64,000 nt of DNA from Eledone cirrhosa (lineage: Eukaryota): positions 33,108,001 through 33,172,000 of the forward strand of contig OZ024755.1 in assembly GCA_964016885.1 (NCBI GenBank), given 5' to 3'. Position 1 is the stretch's first letter; each line of letters opens with the position of its first letter. This document shows, piece after piece, positions 23,545 to 36,519 of the stretch. The translations under genes and the position numbers were made by a program. Below the pieces are notes generated by a model, which worked only from the letters and a program-made list of their open reading frames with translations, was not told the DNA's origin and did not search any database.

Positions 23545-24330
23545 AAAAAAGAGGTATAAGGATTCCTTGAAAGCCTCTTTGAAATACGCTAACATCTCTG
23601 CTGATACATGGGAAAATATTGCTGCTGGTCGTAATAAATGGACAAAGACTGTATATGAGGGAAAAGTTGCCTTTGAGGCATCTCGAATCGCATATGAGAA
23701 AGTAAAGCGGGATGTGAGGAAAGGCATTGCTGTTGCACTTCCAGACGGAGAGGGTCCTCATATGGTGCTGACATGCAGCGTCTGTGCGAGACTCTGCCTA
23801 AGCAAAGTTGGACTCGAAAGTTATCTTCGCAGTCATAAAGTAAGACCAGTGGTTGACTACCAGGCTGCTGTTGGAGATGTTACTCATCATGCTTGCCAAA
23901 CATGTGGTAGAGAATGTAAATCAGCAGGAGGGCTCAAGTGACATGCAAAAGTACACAAACTCCAACCACAGCCAGCTATTCACAGTGAATGTTTTGGTTG
24001 CTGACTCTGTGCAAGACATTTTAGATCATTGGCTGGGTTAAAAATCCACATTCGATCGCAGCGCTGTTAGTTGCTATCGTGTGTGTGTGTAGATATGTTT
24101 ATGTGTGTGCGTGTGTGTATATATATGTATATGTATATTATTATTGTTGTTGTTGTCGTTTTTATTATTGTTGATGTTGTCATTATTATTATTGTTATTA
24201 TTATTATTATTATTATTGTTATTAATGTATATGTATGTGTGTATATATATGTATGTATGTATATAATATATATATATATTTTTTTTCTCTCATGCAATGG
24301 CCATACTCGAAAACGAGGGGGCAGCAATCA
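23545..24330 (+). pseudogene. RTE (BovB-like) LINE 3' end with three C2H2-like fingers
   Basis: KKRYKDSLKASLK..TWE..R.KW; CSVC.., CQTC..HAKVH, C*LC..HIRS; tail ggccatactcgaaaacgagggggcag at ~24298. Confidence 0.82.
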
Positions 24331-24384
24331 TGTATGTATATGTGTTTGTGTATGTAATGCATGTATGAATGTATATATATATAT

Positions 24385-24995
24385 AGAAGTGGTTGATAGC
24401 CTCCAGTACCTAGGTGATCAGATTAGCATGGAGTTGGGGGGGGGGTGTTCGGAGGCCATAGTATCTAGAATAAGGACAGGTTGGAAGAAGTTTAGAGAGC
24501 TGCTTCCTCTGCTGACAAAGAAGGATTTCCACCTGCATACAAAAGGCCGGTTATATGATGCCTGTGTGAGATGCGCGATGCTGCATGGGCAGCAACTGCA
24601 GAGGATATGCGATGGCTGGAGAGAAATGAAGCAAGAATGCTCCATTGGATGTGTAATGTCAATGTACGTGAATGACCAAGCATGGATGAGTTGAGAGAGA
24701 AACTGTGTATATGAGGGGTAAGTTGTGGTGTGCAGGAGAGAAGACTGAAATGGTATGGACATGTGGTGCACATGGAGGATGACTGCTGGGTAAAGAAGTG
24801 CCAAGAAATGCCAGTAGAAGGAAGACGCAGTAGAGGAAGACCACGAAAAACATGGGCGGAGGTGGTGAGAGCGGACCTCAGATCGCTGAAGCTCACGGAG
24901 GAGATGACGAAGGACCGTGACAAGTGGAGAGATGCTGCGCTGAATAGGACCCGTCCCACCCTTGCAAGCAGGGAAAAGACATAAAATGATGATGA
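24385..24995 (+). mobile_element. RTE LINE 3' fragment (family 1)
   Basis: EVVDSLQYLGDQI..GWKKFRELLPLLT..RRLKWYGHV..GRPRKTW; (gat)n tail. Confidence 0.9.
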
Positions 24996-25053
24996 TTATA
25001 TATATATACTTTATTAAAGGCAGGCTTGAGTCATGTTACACACGAGTTACCCC

Positions 25054-25091
<38 letters not shown>

Positions 25092-25094
<3 letters not shown>

Positions 25095-25450
25095 CAAAGG
25101 CTAGGGGTCCTTCACTCCCAGTGGTTTACCTGCACGATCGGGTATCCAGCCTGACTATTTCTATGCCCCCCACGCATATACATACACATGCACACATATA
25201 GGCAACTCAGGAAACTGGGATAACTCCGACATAAAACATGTGGCTCAGTAGTTACAGATGATGTTGATCTTTTCTTCTTTTCGGGTTATAGCTACTGTCG
25301 CTCAGAGAGTGGGATTGGCTCAGTGCACAGTATTTCCTCACTTTAAAAAAATTCTTCATGCACAGGCATTGCACAATAGAATTAATTAATAATTATTAAT
25401 AATGGTATATCGTGCAATGGCCATACTCGATAACAAGGGGGCAGCCAGCA
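25092..25450 (+). mobile_element. Bipartite RTE-derived element (type B) with 5' inversion
   Basis: 25092-25200 is the reverse complement of the segment at ~28930-29031; forward part starts at 25201. Confidence 0.8.
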
Positions 25451-25481
25451 TATATATTTGTATGTGTATATATATATATAT

Positions 25482-25675
25482 ATAGGAACGAGTAGGACCC
25501 CGACGGCTGAGCTCAAGCCGTTTCGACGGCTAATTCTGGACAGAATTAGCCGTCGAAACGGTTTGAGCTCAGCCGTCGGGGTCCTATTCGTTCCTATTAC
25601 CCACTCTACTACCCTAAGTATTGAGTACTTTGGTGCGTTATGGTCCACCTGGTTCCTTACCACATTTCCTCCGTT
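25482..25675 (+). mobile_element. Fold-back element family P1, second copy
   Basis: Palindrome 25482-25597 (loop ggac) and 3' part homologous to 7794-7910, in (TA)n. Confidence 0.7.
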
Positions 25676-26113
25676 ATATATATATATATATATGTATGTG
25701 TATATTAGGGAGCTTACAGATCGGACAACACACGCTGTCTTTTCGTGGGGGAAAGGTTTGATTAATTTTTGTATTCTGAAACATTAAAATACAACAAAAC
25801 TTTTGCTCACTGGACTTGGAAAATATCCTGACAGAAGTTTGTGGAAGTTACACAAATATTTTCATATATTTTCCCAGAGCAATCTTTATTTACATTTTAC
25901 ATTTACTTGCATCGTAGTGTAACGTGGCTAAAATTCAAATTTTGAAAAGAGAAGAAAACGGACAAATGAACTATGAACTAGATACAACTCACTCCCCCCC
26001 GCCACCACAATAACGTCTACACTCTCTCCTCACATTTACATAAGTCATTACCCTATCTTGACTAAAGTCACTGACCTGTTGCCAAACCCCCTACTGTGTG
26101 TTGAATGTGTGAG

Positions 26114-26148
<35 letters not shown>

Positions 26149-26151
<3 letters not shown>

Positions 26152-26404
26152 GGAGGTGAGTTTTATTGTAGTACAATAAAGCAATGCAGATATCAGATAA
26201 GAAGCACTCTACAGTTTGTAGGACTGGAGTATACATAATATATAAGAACAAAAGATGGTTAAAAGAGGTCCATGTATTTTATTATGCGCATTTCAAAAAC
26301 ATCATCATGCAATAATATTTGTGTTTTCATCAGATAAAACAGGAAGACATATGAAGGTTAAAAAACACCTGTGAATAGTGTAGTTTTAAATCAACATATG
26401 TTCT

Positions 26405-26406
<2 letters not shown>
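26149..26406 (-). mobile_element. (TA)n-inserted element family P2, no fold-back
   Basis: Homologous to 63644-63888; contains ctgatgaaaac. Confidence 0.7.
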
Positions 26407-26460
<54 letters not shown>

Positions 26461-26541
26461 GTGTGTATAATGGTAGTTACGGTGCTTCCATAGGCAGTAT
26501 GCCAAAATTACGACTCAATATTCTTACAGAGCAGAGTGTGA

Positions 26542-26723
26542 ATAGTATAAAAAAACGAAAAATTTGCTCCGAAAGAATTGCACGAGTCCGAAGGAACCTG
26601 CAGCCGTAGAATCAGCCAGATCCATACAGTGATCCTGTCTCGAGCTACCTGCCGGTGAAACAATTGTAGCACGTAATAAACTGAGTCCAGATGCATCACT
26701 GATTTTTCGTTTTTTTATACTAT
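26542..26723. mobile_element. Element with 22-bp perfect inverted ends
   Basis: atagtataaaaaaacgaaaaat at 26542-26563, inverse at 26702-26723, abutting (TA)n. Confidence 0.55.
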
Positions 26724-26808
26724 ATATATATATATATATATATAATGTATAAAAAACAATACAATATAATTACCTCATTACCAGAGGTTTCCCGTATTCG
26801 TCTTATTC

Positions 26809-27057
26809 GAGTGCTGGGTGCTTGTTTTCCGTGGTGCCTACACGTCCACTTTACAGTGAAATGATAGGGACTGGGGTCCCTATCATTCCACTGTAAAGTG
26901 GACGTGTAGGCGCCACGGAAAACAAGCACCCAGCACTCACTGTAAATGAGGTTGGTGTTAGGAAGGGCATCCAGCTGTAGAAATCAAGCCAGAATCAGTT
27001 CCTGTCCCACCCTTGCAAGCAGGGAAAAGTGGACGTAAAATGATGATGATGATGATG
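26809..27057 (+). mobile_element. SINE-B 3' half with fold-back duplication
   Basis: Palindrome 26809-26938 about loop tggg (26872-26875), then RTE-type tail. Confidence 0.85.
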
Positions 27058-27194
27058 TGTGTAAGTGAGTGGCGCGTGTGTGTGTTTGTTTGTGTGCATG
27101 AGTGTTGGTGTGTGCATGTGTGAGTGAGTGTGCGTGTGTGGGTGTGTGTGTGTGTCGTACGTAAGAGTATCAATGATTTTTTTTTTTTTTAATG

Positions 27195-27470
27195 GACATA
27201 GATAAATTCGGGCTGGATACCTGATCGCGCAGTTAAACCACTGGGAGTGATGGACCCCTAGCCCTTGTCAGGGCATTCTTCTAGGAGAAGGCAACTCAGG
27301 AAACTTGCGGCTCAGTAGTTACCGATGATGTTCATCTTTTCTTCTTTTCGGGTTATAGCTTTTTCGTGTTATAGCTACTGTCGCTCATCGAGTGGGGTTG
27401 GTTCAGGGCACAGTCTTTCCTCACTTTAAAAAAATATTCTTCACGCACAGGCATTGCACGATTGCATTAA
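27195..27470 (+). mobile_element. Bipartite RTE-derived element type B, partial
   Basis: ctaggagaaggcaactcagg and cctcactttaaaaaa..cacaggc motifs. Confidence 0.75.
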
Positions 27471-27485
27471 TTAATAATTATTAAT

Positions 27486-27526
<41 letters not shown>

Positions 27527-27689
27527 TTTTTTCTCTCCCCCCCCCCCCCCTCCTCCCAATTCAATGATGTTCCAAAACAATATAAAAGAGTTAATTGGCA
27601 ATAAGGGTTCTGGAACAAAAGAGATAATTGGCAATAAGGGCAGGGGCCCCAGGGTATCCCAGCCTGGGCCCACTCATTATTGTGCCACT

Positions 27690-27878
27690 ATAATTGTTTC
27701 TACTATTGGCACAAGGCCAGAAATTACCCAGTACATTACTGGTACTTTATTTTATCGACCCCGTAAGGATGAAAGGCAAAGTTAACCTCGGCGCGATTTG
27801 AACTCAGAATGGCAAGGGCCGTAACTCTATGCGTCAAAGCATGGCGTCCGACCCTCTACCGATACTGCCAATCCACCG
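27690..27878 (-). mobile_element. SINE-A
   Basis: Core and tail motifs. Confidence 0.88.
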
Positions 27879-28146
27879 AGAGCCAAACAAGGCATTTAAT
27901 ACTGGCTGCTGGAACATACAGACACTGCTTGACAGCAAAACCACAGACGGAGAATATGTTGCATAAGGAACTGAAGGATGTGAAATCACGTGTTATACTA
28001 CTGTTATATATAATAATAATTGTGGTAAATGTTGGAACCATCAGAGCTGCTAAAAGGTCAGCTCTGTGTTACAGCTCATTAACAGATAGATGAACCATTA
28101 CTGAGTTAGCTGCCCTTAGCACATATGTATGTAGACATATACACAT

Positions 28147-28179
<33 letters not shown>

Positions 28180-28413
28180 TAGCTGCACACACACATAGAT
28201 GTACAAACACATGAACACACACACATGTACACACACACACAGATGCACACACAGATGTACAAACACACACACACGCAGATGTACAAACAAACACACACAC
28301 ACACACACACACAGATGCACACACACATACAGATGTACAAACACACACACACACACAGATGTACAAACAAACACATGCACACACACGCACACAGATATAT
28401 ATATATACACATA

Positions 28414-28513
28414 CAAGGTGTCCTCCAAAATTATATACACACTTCAACAGAATTCTAATAAATATTGCCGGTAGAGGTAATCAAAGTGTGTATACATTTT
28501 GGGGGACACCCTG
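28414..28513. mobile_element. Tc1/mariner-type MITE, 100 bp
   Basis: TA|caaggtgtcctccaaaa..tatacacactt / aagtgtgtata..ttttgggggacaccctg|TA. Confidence 0.75.
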
Positions 28514-28714
28514 TATATCTATATGCATCTATATATGTACATGGATATGTTTATATTCATGGCTATATAGATTAACAGATGAATTTATGAATAGATAAAT
28601 ATATTCATAATTAGTTATGAGTAAAGATTAAAAGATAAGCTAGTATGTATGTGTGTGTGTGTGAGTGTGTACATAAGCATCTGTCTATGTATGTATGTAT
28701 CTATCTATGTATGT

Positions 28715-29290
28715 AACCCATTACAACCTGTCTCATGGTCGGGTCATCGGTGACTAATCTGGCAACCCCACCAAGTTTGCTTGGTGAGGAGGGTGATTTT
28801 TGGACACCCCGCAGGACAAAAAACAAAACCTGACAAAGGGCGGGAGAACTCATAAGAGTCAACGGCCATCCAAAAGTATGTAAATATGTATATACACATT
28901 TACATATGTGTGTATATATGTATATACATGGGTGCATGTGTATGTATATGCGCGGGGACATAGAAATAGTCGGGCTGGATACCCGATTGCGCGGTTAAAC
29001 CACTGGGAGTGAAGGACCTCTAACTTTTGTCAGGGCATTCTTCTAGGAGAAGGTAACTCAGGAAACTGGGATAACTCCCATATAAAACCTGCGGCTCAGT
29101 AGTTACCGATGATGTTGATCTTTTCTTCTTTTCGGGTTTAGCTAGTCTCTCAGAGAGTGGGATTGACTCAGTGCACAGTCTTTCCTCACTTTAAAAAATA
29201 TCTTCACGCACAGGCATTGCATGATAGAATTAATTAACAATGGTATATGGTGTAATGACCATACTCGATAACGAGGGGGCAGTCATCATG
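28715..29290 (+). mobile_element. Bipartite RTE-derived element type B
   Basis: 5' part homologous to type A; internal microsatellite; ctcgataacgag stem-loop tail then (atgt)n. Confidence 0.8.
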
Positions 29291-29317
29291 TATGTATGTA
29301 ATTATCTATGTATGTAT

Positions 29318-29850
29318 GTCAGGTCACCAGTTGGTGCTACTGGTAACATGTATCCCAGTACAACCAGTCTCATGGTCGGGTCATTGGCGACTAAACTGGC
29401 AACCCCACCAAGATTTCTTGGTGAGGAGGGTGACTTTCGACATCCTGCAGGACTAAAAACAGAACCTGTCAAAGGGCAAAGGAGCTCTTAAGAGTAAATG
29501 GCCATCCAACAACCCTGATGGTATCCAATGATGTTGACTTGTTCTTCTTTTTGGTAAATATCATCTTGGTTAAGAGAGTGGGACTGGCTTTGTGCAGTGC
29601 CTTTGCTCACTATAAAAGCTTCACGGCACAGGTATTTCTTTATATCTGGAGATCTCTCTGCACTTGTCGTCACATGGTACCATGGGCCCAGCACTATGTG
29701 TCAATAATTGTCACAAGTGTAGTGTTTGTACCAGAGTTTTCAAGTCGCTGGCTGGACTAAAAAGTCACACTCGTTCAGCGCATCGGTAGGGGTTCTCCTA
29801 CATGGATATAAAGTAGTAGCCATACTCGAAAACGAGTTGGCAGCCACCAT
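29318..29850 (+). mobile_element. Bipartite RTE-derived element type A (internal ~80-bp deletion)
   Basis: Colinear with 53519-54127. Confidence 0.85.
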
Positions 29851-30001
29851 CTATGTATGTATGTATGTATGTTCTCTTTCTTTTAATTTGCCTGGTGGCA
29901 AGATTGTAAAAGAAAAGAAATTGTCATCCTATGAATCGCAAGAATGTTTTGCAAATTTTTAAGGTCCCAGATATCATGGACATTTGTAGTCTATGAATTA
30001 A

Positions 30002-30219
30002 CCCTTTAGCATTTAAAGCTGCCATATCCGGTCACACTTTCCTCACCTCTTTCTGTTCAAACCAGTCAGAATTGGCTGCTCATACTGACGTTAAGGTATT
30101 GTTCTCAAAATATACATCAAAATCTTATAGATTCAATACTATGTAAGATAATTATGTGAGATAAAGCCTTTTCTGTGAAAATACAATAGTAAATATAGAG
30201 TAATATGAATGCTAAAGAG
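30002..30219 (-). mobile_element. TTAA MITE, complete
   Basis: TTAA|CCCTTTAGCATT..AATGCTAAAGAG|TTAA. Confidence 0.88.
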
Positions 30220-30473
30220 TTAATATACATACATTATTAATATATATGTGTTGTTGTTTTTTTTGTGCAATAGCCATACTCGATAACGAGGGGGCAGCCA
30301 TCGTGTTTGTATGTATGTATGCACGTGTGTATGCATGTATCTATCTATATACAAGGTTGTTTATATGTTTGTGTGTAAGTATTTGTGTGTGTATGTATTT
30401 GTATATATGTATTATGTATGTTTGTATATAAGTGTATGCCTATGCATGCTTTATGTTTATCTCTATGAATCTA

Positions 30474-30740
30474 TCTATATATAAATTTCTGTGATTCTGT
30501 CACAACACGTAAAGAGAGAGTAGTAGTTTGACTACCTCATACTACTCCTCTCTCTTTACATCTGCTGCCTGCATGAATGTATGTGTGTAAAAGGAAGGAA
30601 GGAGATGGTCATCAGTAGAAGTATGCTAGGTGTGTTTGAGTGTGTGTATTTTTGTGTGTCTGTATTTGCATGTTTATATTTATATACTCATATGCACATA
30701 CACACACATATACACATCAGCGTATGGCAAAACATTCTAG
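30474..30740 (+). mobile_element. Non-autonomous Helitron-like element
   Basis: TCTATATATAAA start, subterminal hairpin, CTAG end; homologous to 57070-57391. Confidence 0.65.
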
Positions 30741-30974
30741 AGTATGTGAGTGTTTATGTATGTATAACTATATGTGTGTGTGTGTGTGTGGAACCTGTTT
30801 AGTTGGTCCATAGAAGATTTTGTTAAGTGCTAAAAACAGCCATCTGTCTGCTGCATCTTTACAGTCCAGTAATATTTTGGTAAAGTTAGTCTACAGTCTG
30901 TATGACAATATAGCATGGAGCAACAAGTACTGGCAGAAATGACAGCATTGATCCATCACCGCCACCCGCACCAC

Positions 30975-31130
30975 CACCTTTTAGTCCTGCTAGGGACTTG
31001 CACACTCTTGCGCAGACATTGCAGTGATGAGGGCCTCATCACTGCATGGTTATGTTTTGGTGCACTTTCAAATGACATTTCAGTACAGTAACTGAGGCAT
31101 GCTCTTTTCCACATTCCCTGCAAACAGGAA
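30975..31130 (-). pseudogene. C2H2 finger remnant of RTE-ZnF LINE
   Basis: CRECGKEHASVTVLKCHLKVH..**..CNVCARVCKSLAGLK. Confidence 0.65.
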
Positions 31131-32309
31131 TACCATACAATGCACAGTTGACAGTGTCCCTGTTTACATGGCTTCCCTGATGACTTCAGCAAGCGAATGA
31201 GGTCTGGGATCTTGTTAATCGATCAGAGCGAAGGCAGAGCAATGGCTATACAAAACTTCTATGTTGCATTCAATTGTATGCAATGATAAAGAAAATGATT
31301 TAAGATTTGCTCTACTTAGGCATATGTTCCATTTTTGGCATAATTACTATGTCAATCATTTGACAGAGTTTTCTGAGTGCACTTTATCAGGGCATTAGCC
31401 ATGTATGTATGTGTGTGTGTGTGTGTGTATGGATATGTGTGTGTGTGTGTGTGTGTGTTTCTAGGCACATACATGTCTTTTTTGCCTCTATGTGTATATA
31501 ATTAACCAGAATAGATGAACATATTATAATTCCACCAACTCTGAAATAGCAAATAGATTTAAATTATATATTGTTTATCCTGTGGTTAGAAATCTCAATG
31601 TTGTACACCAAACATAATTGATTTTATAGAAAATAAGGTATATTTACCATTCTTTATGAACAGAAAGTGTCAAATAGTCAGCCATTTTGGAATTTGATAA
31701 TTAGTAAAAAATATGAAAATCCTAATAGCAACAGTAAACTGTTTTGTTCATTAAAAGGCAAAGAGGATCGTGATAGTATAAATTATTTTATTCTACAGTT
31801 TCTGTTTGAGGATTAATTTTACAATAAAACAAAACATGGAATGGTAAAAATTCTATCACACAATACCAAATATCTCTCTGACTTATATTTTATGTTTTTA
31901 TTTCAAACATATCTTTGGCATTGTTTTGAATACTCTTTGGCAAGAGAAAGGAGGGGGTTTGAAGTACATGACAGCTAAGAAATGGAATAACAAAATATTA
32001 AATCATAATCATAATTTCTTTTATTTTATATATTTTAAATTTTGAATTTCATAACTGGAATGAAGCTTTTACAAAAGTAAATAAAAATTTGAATTAAACA
32101 AAACTCGGAATCGGTAATGTTGAGAGTTCAATGAAAGACTTGTTTTCCATATTGTGATAGAGGATATTTACAGTCAGTACAATGTATGAGATATAATAGT
32201 TCTATGTCCATAAGAAACATTATGAAGAGTGTTGATTGCTGCTAGTTCCTATTTTCTAAATAACTATATGGTGAAATAAATTCAGTAAAAATATGAATTC
32301 TATTCATTA

Positions 32310-32630
32310 ATCATCATCATCATCATCATCATCATCATTATTCTCCTCCTCTTCATCAGTATCACCATCACCATCAAAATCACCCCACCACCATCATCAT
32401 CATCATTCTCCTCCTCATCATCATCGTCATCATACTCATCATCAGTACCACCATTCTCCTCCTAATAATCAGTACCACCATCACCATCAAAATCATCCCA
32501 CCACCATCATCATCATTCTCCTCCTTATCATCATCATCATACTCATCATCAGTACCACCATTTTCCTCCTAATAATCAGTACCACCACCACCATCATCAA
32601 CGTCATCATCATCATCAGACCATCATCACC
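32310..32630. repeat. (CAT/CAC)n tract
   Basis: Direct reading. Confidence 0.9.
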
Positions 32631-32679
32631 CTTTAACATCTATTTTCCATATTTGCATGGACTAGACTGGTCGACTCGT

Positions 32680-33345
32680 CCTTCAAACCATCAAAACATT
32701 GCATTCAAGCCGCAAACAAGGCAAGGAGCTCTCTTTTTCTTATTCAACGCTCCTTTGCCAAACTTACTCCACAAATGTTCAGGCCTTTCTATGTCGCCCT
32801 CGTGAGACAGCTTCCTAGAATATGGCATCCAAGCATCAAACCCATATCTCATCCGGGATATCCATCACATGGAGAGAGTTCAATGACTAGCGTCTCGAAT
32901 GGTACAGGGTCTTCATGAGCTGCCCTACGAAAGCCGGCAGCAGAAGCTGAACCTCTTCTCCTTGGAGCGTCGACGGCTAAGAGGCGATCTCATTTTGGCT
33001 TACAATCTCTTCAATGGCCATTACGATCTCCCTCAAGATCTCCTATTCACTCCGGCACTTGGAAGGGGTCTATGTGGACATGACAAAAAGCTGTTTCACC
33101 GCCGCTTTCGCACAAATAGACGGAAAGCTGCTTTCTCCATCTGCATCTCTGGACCCTGGAATCGGCTTCCAGAAGAAGTAGTCAACGCGCCAACCACGCA
33201 ACAATTCAAGGCGAAATTGGACCTGTGTTGGACCACTGTGTTTCGGACTGAGTAAATTTTGCCCCCCTCCCCTCCTTACATGGCATCTGAAGCATCTATG
33301 TTTTAATTTCTGCCAAATATATTGAATTGAATTGCATAGACTGGT
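32680..33345 (+). pseudogene. CR1-clade LINE ORF2 3' end
   Basis: LEYGIQ..ERVQ..LNLFSLERRRLRGDLI..GHDKKL..WNRLPEEVVNA..FKAKLD. Confidence 0.9.
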
Positions 33346-33649
33346 TATCATGTTATGAGGGTAGCCAGGTCAAGTGACCATGTCTTGCTCATTCAAATTT
33401 GTATTTTGGCTTGGTTTTCTATACCTGGATGTCCTTCCTAACACTAACCACAATATAACATGTACTGGATGTTTTTCTCAAGGTATGACAATAGGCTATG
33501 TTAAAAAATCACATAGTTGTGAAGCATACCACTTAGCCAGTCAGCCATGTCACTACCCACTCCACTAGTATTTTATTTATCAATCTTGAAATGATATAAG
33601 GTAAAGTTGATTTCAGTGGAATTTAGACTCAGCATAACCTACAAAGAGG

Positions 33650-33910
33650 TGTGGAGGCAGGTGGCCTAGTGGTAAGGGTATTGGATCTACAATTCCTGAG
33701 CTGGGTTGTGTGTTGTGTTCTGGAGCAAAACACTTCATTTCACGTTGCTCCAGTATACTCAGCTGAAAATGAGCCCCCACCAATAGCTGGGGGTTTAACC
33801 CTGAGATGGACTAGTGTCCGGTCCAGGGGGAAGTCTTGTACTTTGTCGCTACATGCCATGAAATTGGGATAAGCACTGGCCTAATGAGCCTTCTGGCTTG
33901 AGACAGACTT
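33650..33910 (+). mobile_element. tRNA/CORE SINE, other tail
   Basis: gtggcctagtggtaag A box, gagcaaaacacttc core. Confidence 0.6.
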
Positions 33911-33957
33911 TAGACCCCCAGGTATTAACTCAGCTAATTCTTTGATATTATTTTTAT

Positions 33958-34150
33958 AGGGTGGTAAATTGGCAGTATCAGTAGAGGGTCGGACAACATG
34001 TTTTCCAGCATAGTTACGTCCCTTTACAATCTGAGTTCAAATCCCGCTGAGGTTGACTTTGCCTTTCATCCTTACGGGGGTCGATAAAATAAAGTACCAG
34101 TAATGCTCTGGGATAATTGCTGGCCTTGTGCCAAAAGTAGAAACAATTAT
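33958..34150 (+). mobile_element. SINE-A
   Basis: Head, core, tail motifs. Confidence 0.88.
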
Positions 34151-34204
34151 TTTTATAAAAACCGAAGGAATAGAAGGAAAAGCCATCCTCAGCAAGATTT
34201 GAAC

Positions 34205-34390
34205 ACACAGTCTTGGCAAGCCCTGAAGATCTTGTCACGTGCCCATGCCATCTCAATTTGCGTTGTTTTACGATGGTCAGTTTCTGTTTTGTCCCTCCTC
34301 ATTGGAGATGCGGTCTCTGTAGGTTATGCCAAGGAGCTTTCTGAAGCATCTCATCTCCATAGGCTATCTCCTTCTTTCCAGATCTCCTTG
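34205..34390 (-). mobile_element. RTE LINE fragment
   Basis: KLRWHGHVTRSSGLAKTV. Confidence 0.7.
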
Positions 34391-34404
34391 AAATTACATT
34401 CATG

Positions 34405-34750
34405 TGGATTGTGGCTTAGTGGTTAGATAGTTGGATTCGCAGTTGTGAGGTTGTGAGTTCAATTTTCGGACCGGGCGATGCGTTGTGTCCTTGAGCAAGA
34501 CACTTTATTCCAGATTGCTCTTTCTACCAGGAGTTGTGACCAGTCGATGGTATTAGAAATGGAAAGACCAATAGAAGCATTGTTTCCTTGGTTCAATTTG
34601 CCGAGGTCCACCCTACTTAGCAAGCGAATGAGGTCTGGGAGCTTGATCGATCAGAGCGAGGGCAGAGTGAGGGTAGAGCGAGGGCAGAGCGATGGCTATA
34701 CAAAACTTCTTTGTTGCATTCAATTGTATACAATGATAAAGAAAATGAAT
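34405..34750 (+). mobile_element. tRNA/CORE SINE (SINE-C)
   Basis: A/B boxes, CORE motif; tail repeated at 31188-31298; partial copy at 44036-44240. Confidence 0.75.
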
Positions 34751-36259
34751 GCTATTTATTTTCAGATATGTCGATTAATCACCATCATTTTATCATTTGG
34801 TCTCACATAATATTTCTAAAGTAATTTCATCATTTTTCTAGAATAATATGAGTACATAACGGGGAAAACACCTTCTCCATTCTGTCTGCCGGGGCTGTGG
34901 GTAGGCCAGCACGTGGGACCCCATTTTCTCACCATACAGAGAGATGGGGAGGGCAAGAGAGATGGAGGCGATGTCAGTGGGAGTTCGGCTCTTCAACATT
35001 CGGACCATATCCCTGTGGTTATGTATAGTATTCTTCTGTTCTGTTATTCTTTTACTGATCTCAGTCACCTGCCACAGCTTGCATATAGAAAATTGTTGAA
35101 GAAGCAATTCCAATGCCATCCAGAGCAGTCAGAACAAGTTAGAAAAAAGATGTGTTCTTAAAAAATTTATCAACCCTGTATATGGGAAATGCCAAGGAGT
35201 ATTTAAAAGCAAGAGCCACAGTGAAATAAGCTGTTTTTCTAATCCTGGCAAGACTTCACAGATGTGGTTGATAGCTTCTGCTACCAAAGTGGCCTAATTA
35301 CTACTGGAGACGGTTGCTTTGAAAGCAGAGTATCTACAACAATAACAGAATGGAAAACATTCAGGGAAATACCCAACCCATGCTGTAAGGTAGTCGTGTA
35401 GATGTCATGACTAAAAGAACTTTACAGAGTGTACTGGGAGCATTTCATATGACAGAAGCACTAGAGAGGTTGTTTTCTCATCAATAAGACAAAAGAATTC
35501 TCTCAAATATTGTATATAAATATTTACTGAAAACAAACACTTAGAATTTACAAACTTTTATAAAATGTGTGAAATGTATGCACACTCACATGCACACAAA
35601 CATATAGACACACATGCGTATACACACATACACACACATACATACATACACAGACTTATGTACACACACACTCACACATGTACACAGACATGTGGAAACA
35701 CACAGACACATACATCCACACATACATTATGCACACACACAAGTACACAGACACACATGCACACAAACACACTGCCATATGTGCGTGCACACACACATGC
35801 ACACACACACACGTATACTGACACACGTGTATACTCATGCACACACACACACATACAAACACACATGCAACACACATGCAACACACACACACATACACAC
35901 ACACACACATGCACACACACACACACACACATATGCACACACAAACACACAAACACATGCAACACATAAGCACACACACAAACACACACATACAAACACA
36001 CATGCAACACATATGCACACACAGACACACACATATATATATATATATATATACATAAATACATATAGACAACATATACAATTAAAGAGGAACTATAAAC
36101 TAAAAACATCACAAAATTGTGCGAAGATGTGAAATTATCGGTGAGAATCTGAAGATTTTTCAATAAAATCCTCTTAGTTATTTAAAGAAAATGGTAAGTG
36201 TGCAAGAAATTTGTTTTTTAAAGTAGACGGTTGATAGAAAAGACATTTATTTTTTTTAC

Positions 36260-36295
36260 CTGTCGGAAAGAAGCTTAAAGCTGAAAATAGCTTTT
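36260..36295 (-). other. Candidate 36-nt micro-exon (alternative 21-nt form 36260-36280)
   Basis: ttttctcttcag acceptor, CAG|gtaaaa donor; open as KAIFSFKLLSD. Confidence 0.3.
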
Positions 36296-36519
36296 CTGAA
36301 GAGAAAATAAATGAACGCACCAAAAAAAAAAAATAAATAAAAAATATCGAAATAATATTGGAACAAAATAAAGAAAATAATGAATGAATGAGGAAAAAAA
36401 AAGAATAAAAATAGTTGGAAAATGAATGAGATCGGGGTGTGTCTGCAGTGGTGGTGTGTGGGTGAGATTCTATTGGACCAAATTCAAGAAAAAAAGAAGA
36501 TATAGCATGATTAGCTCAC

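Noticed and set aside
27880-28090. Possible exon
   Set aside because: GCWNIQTLLDS resembles an RTE endonuclease N-terminus; decayed and too short to call
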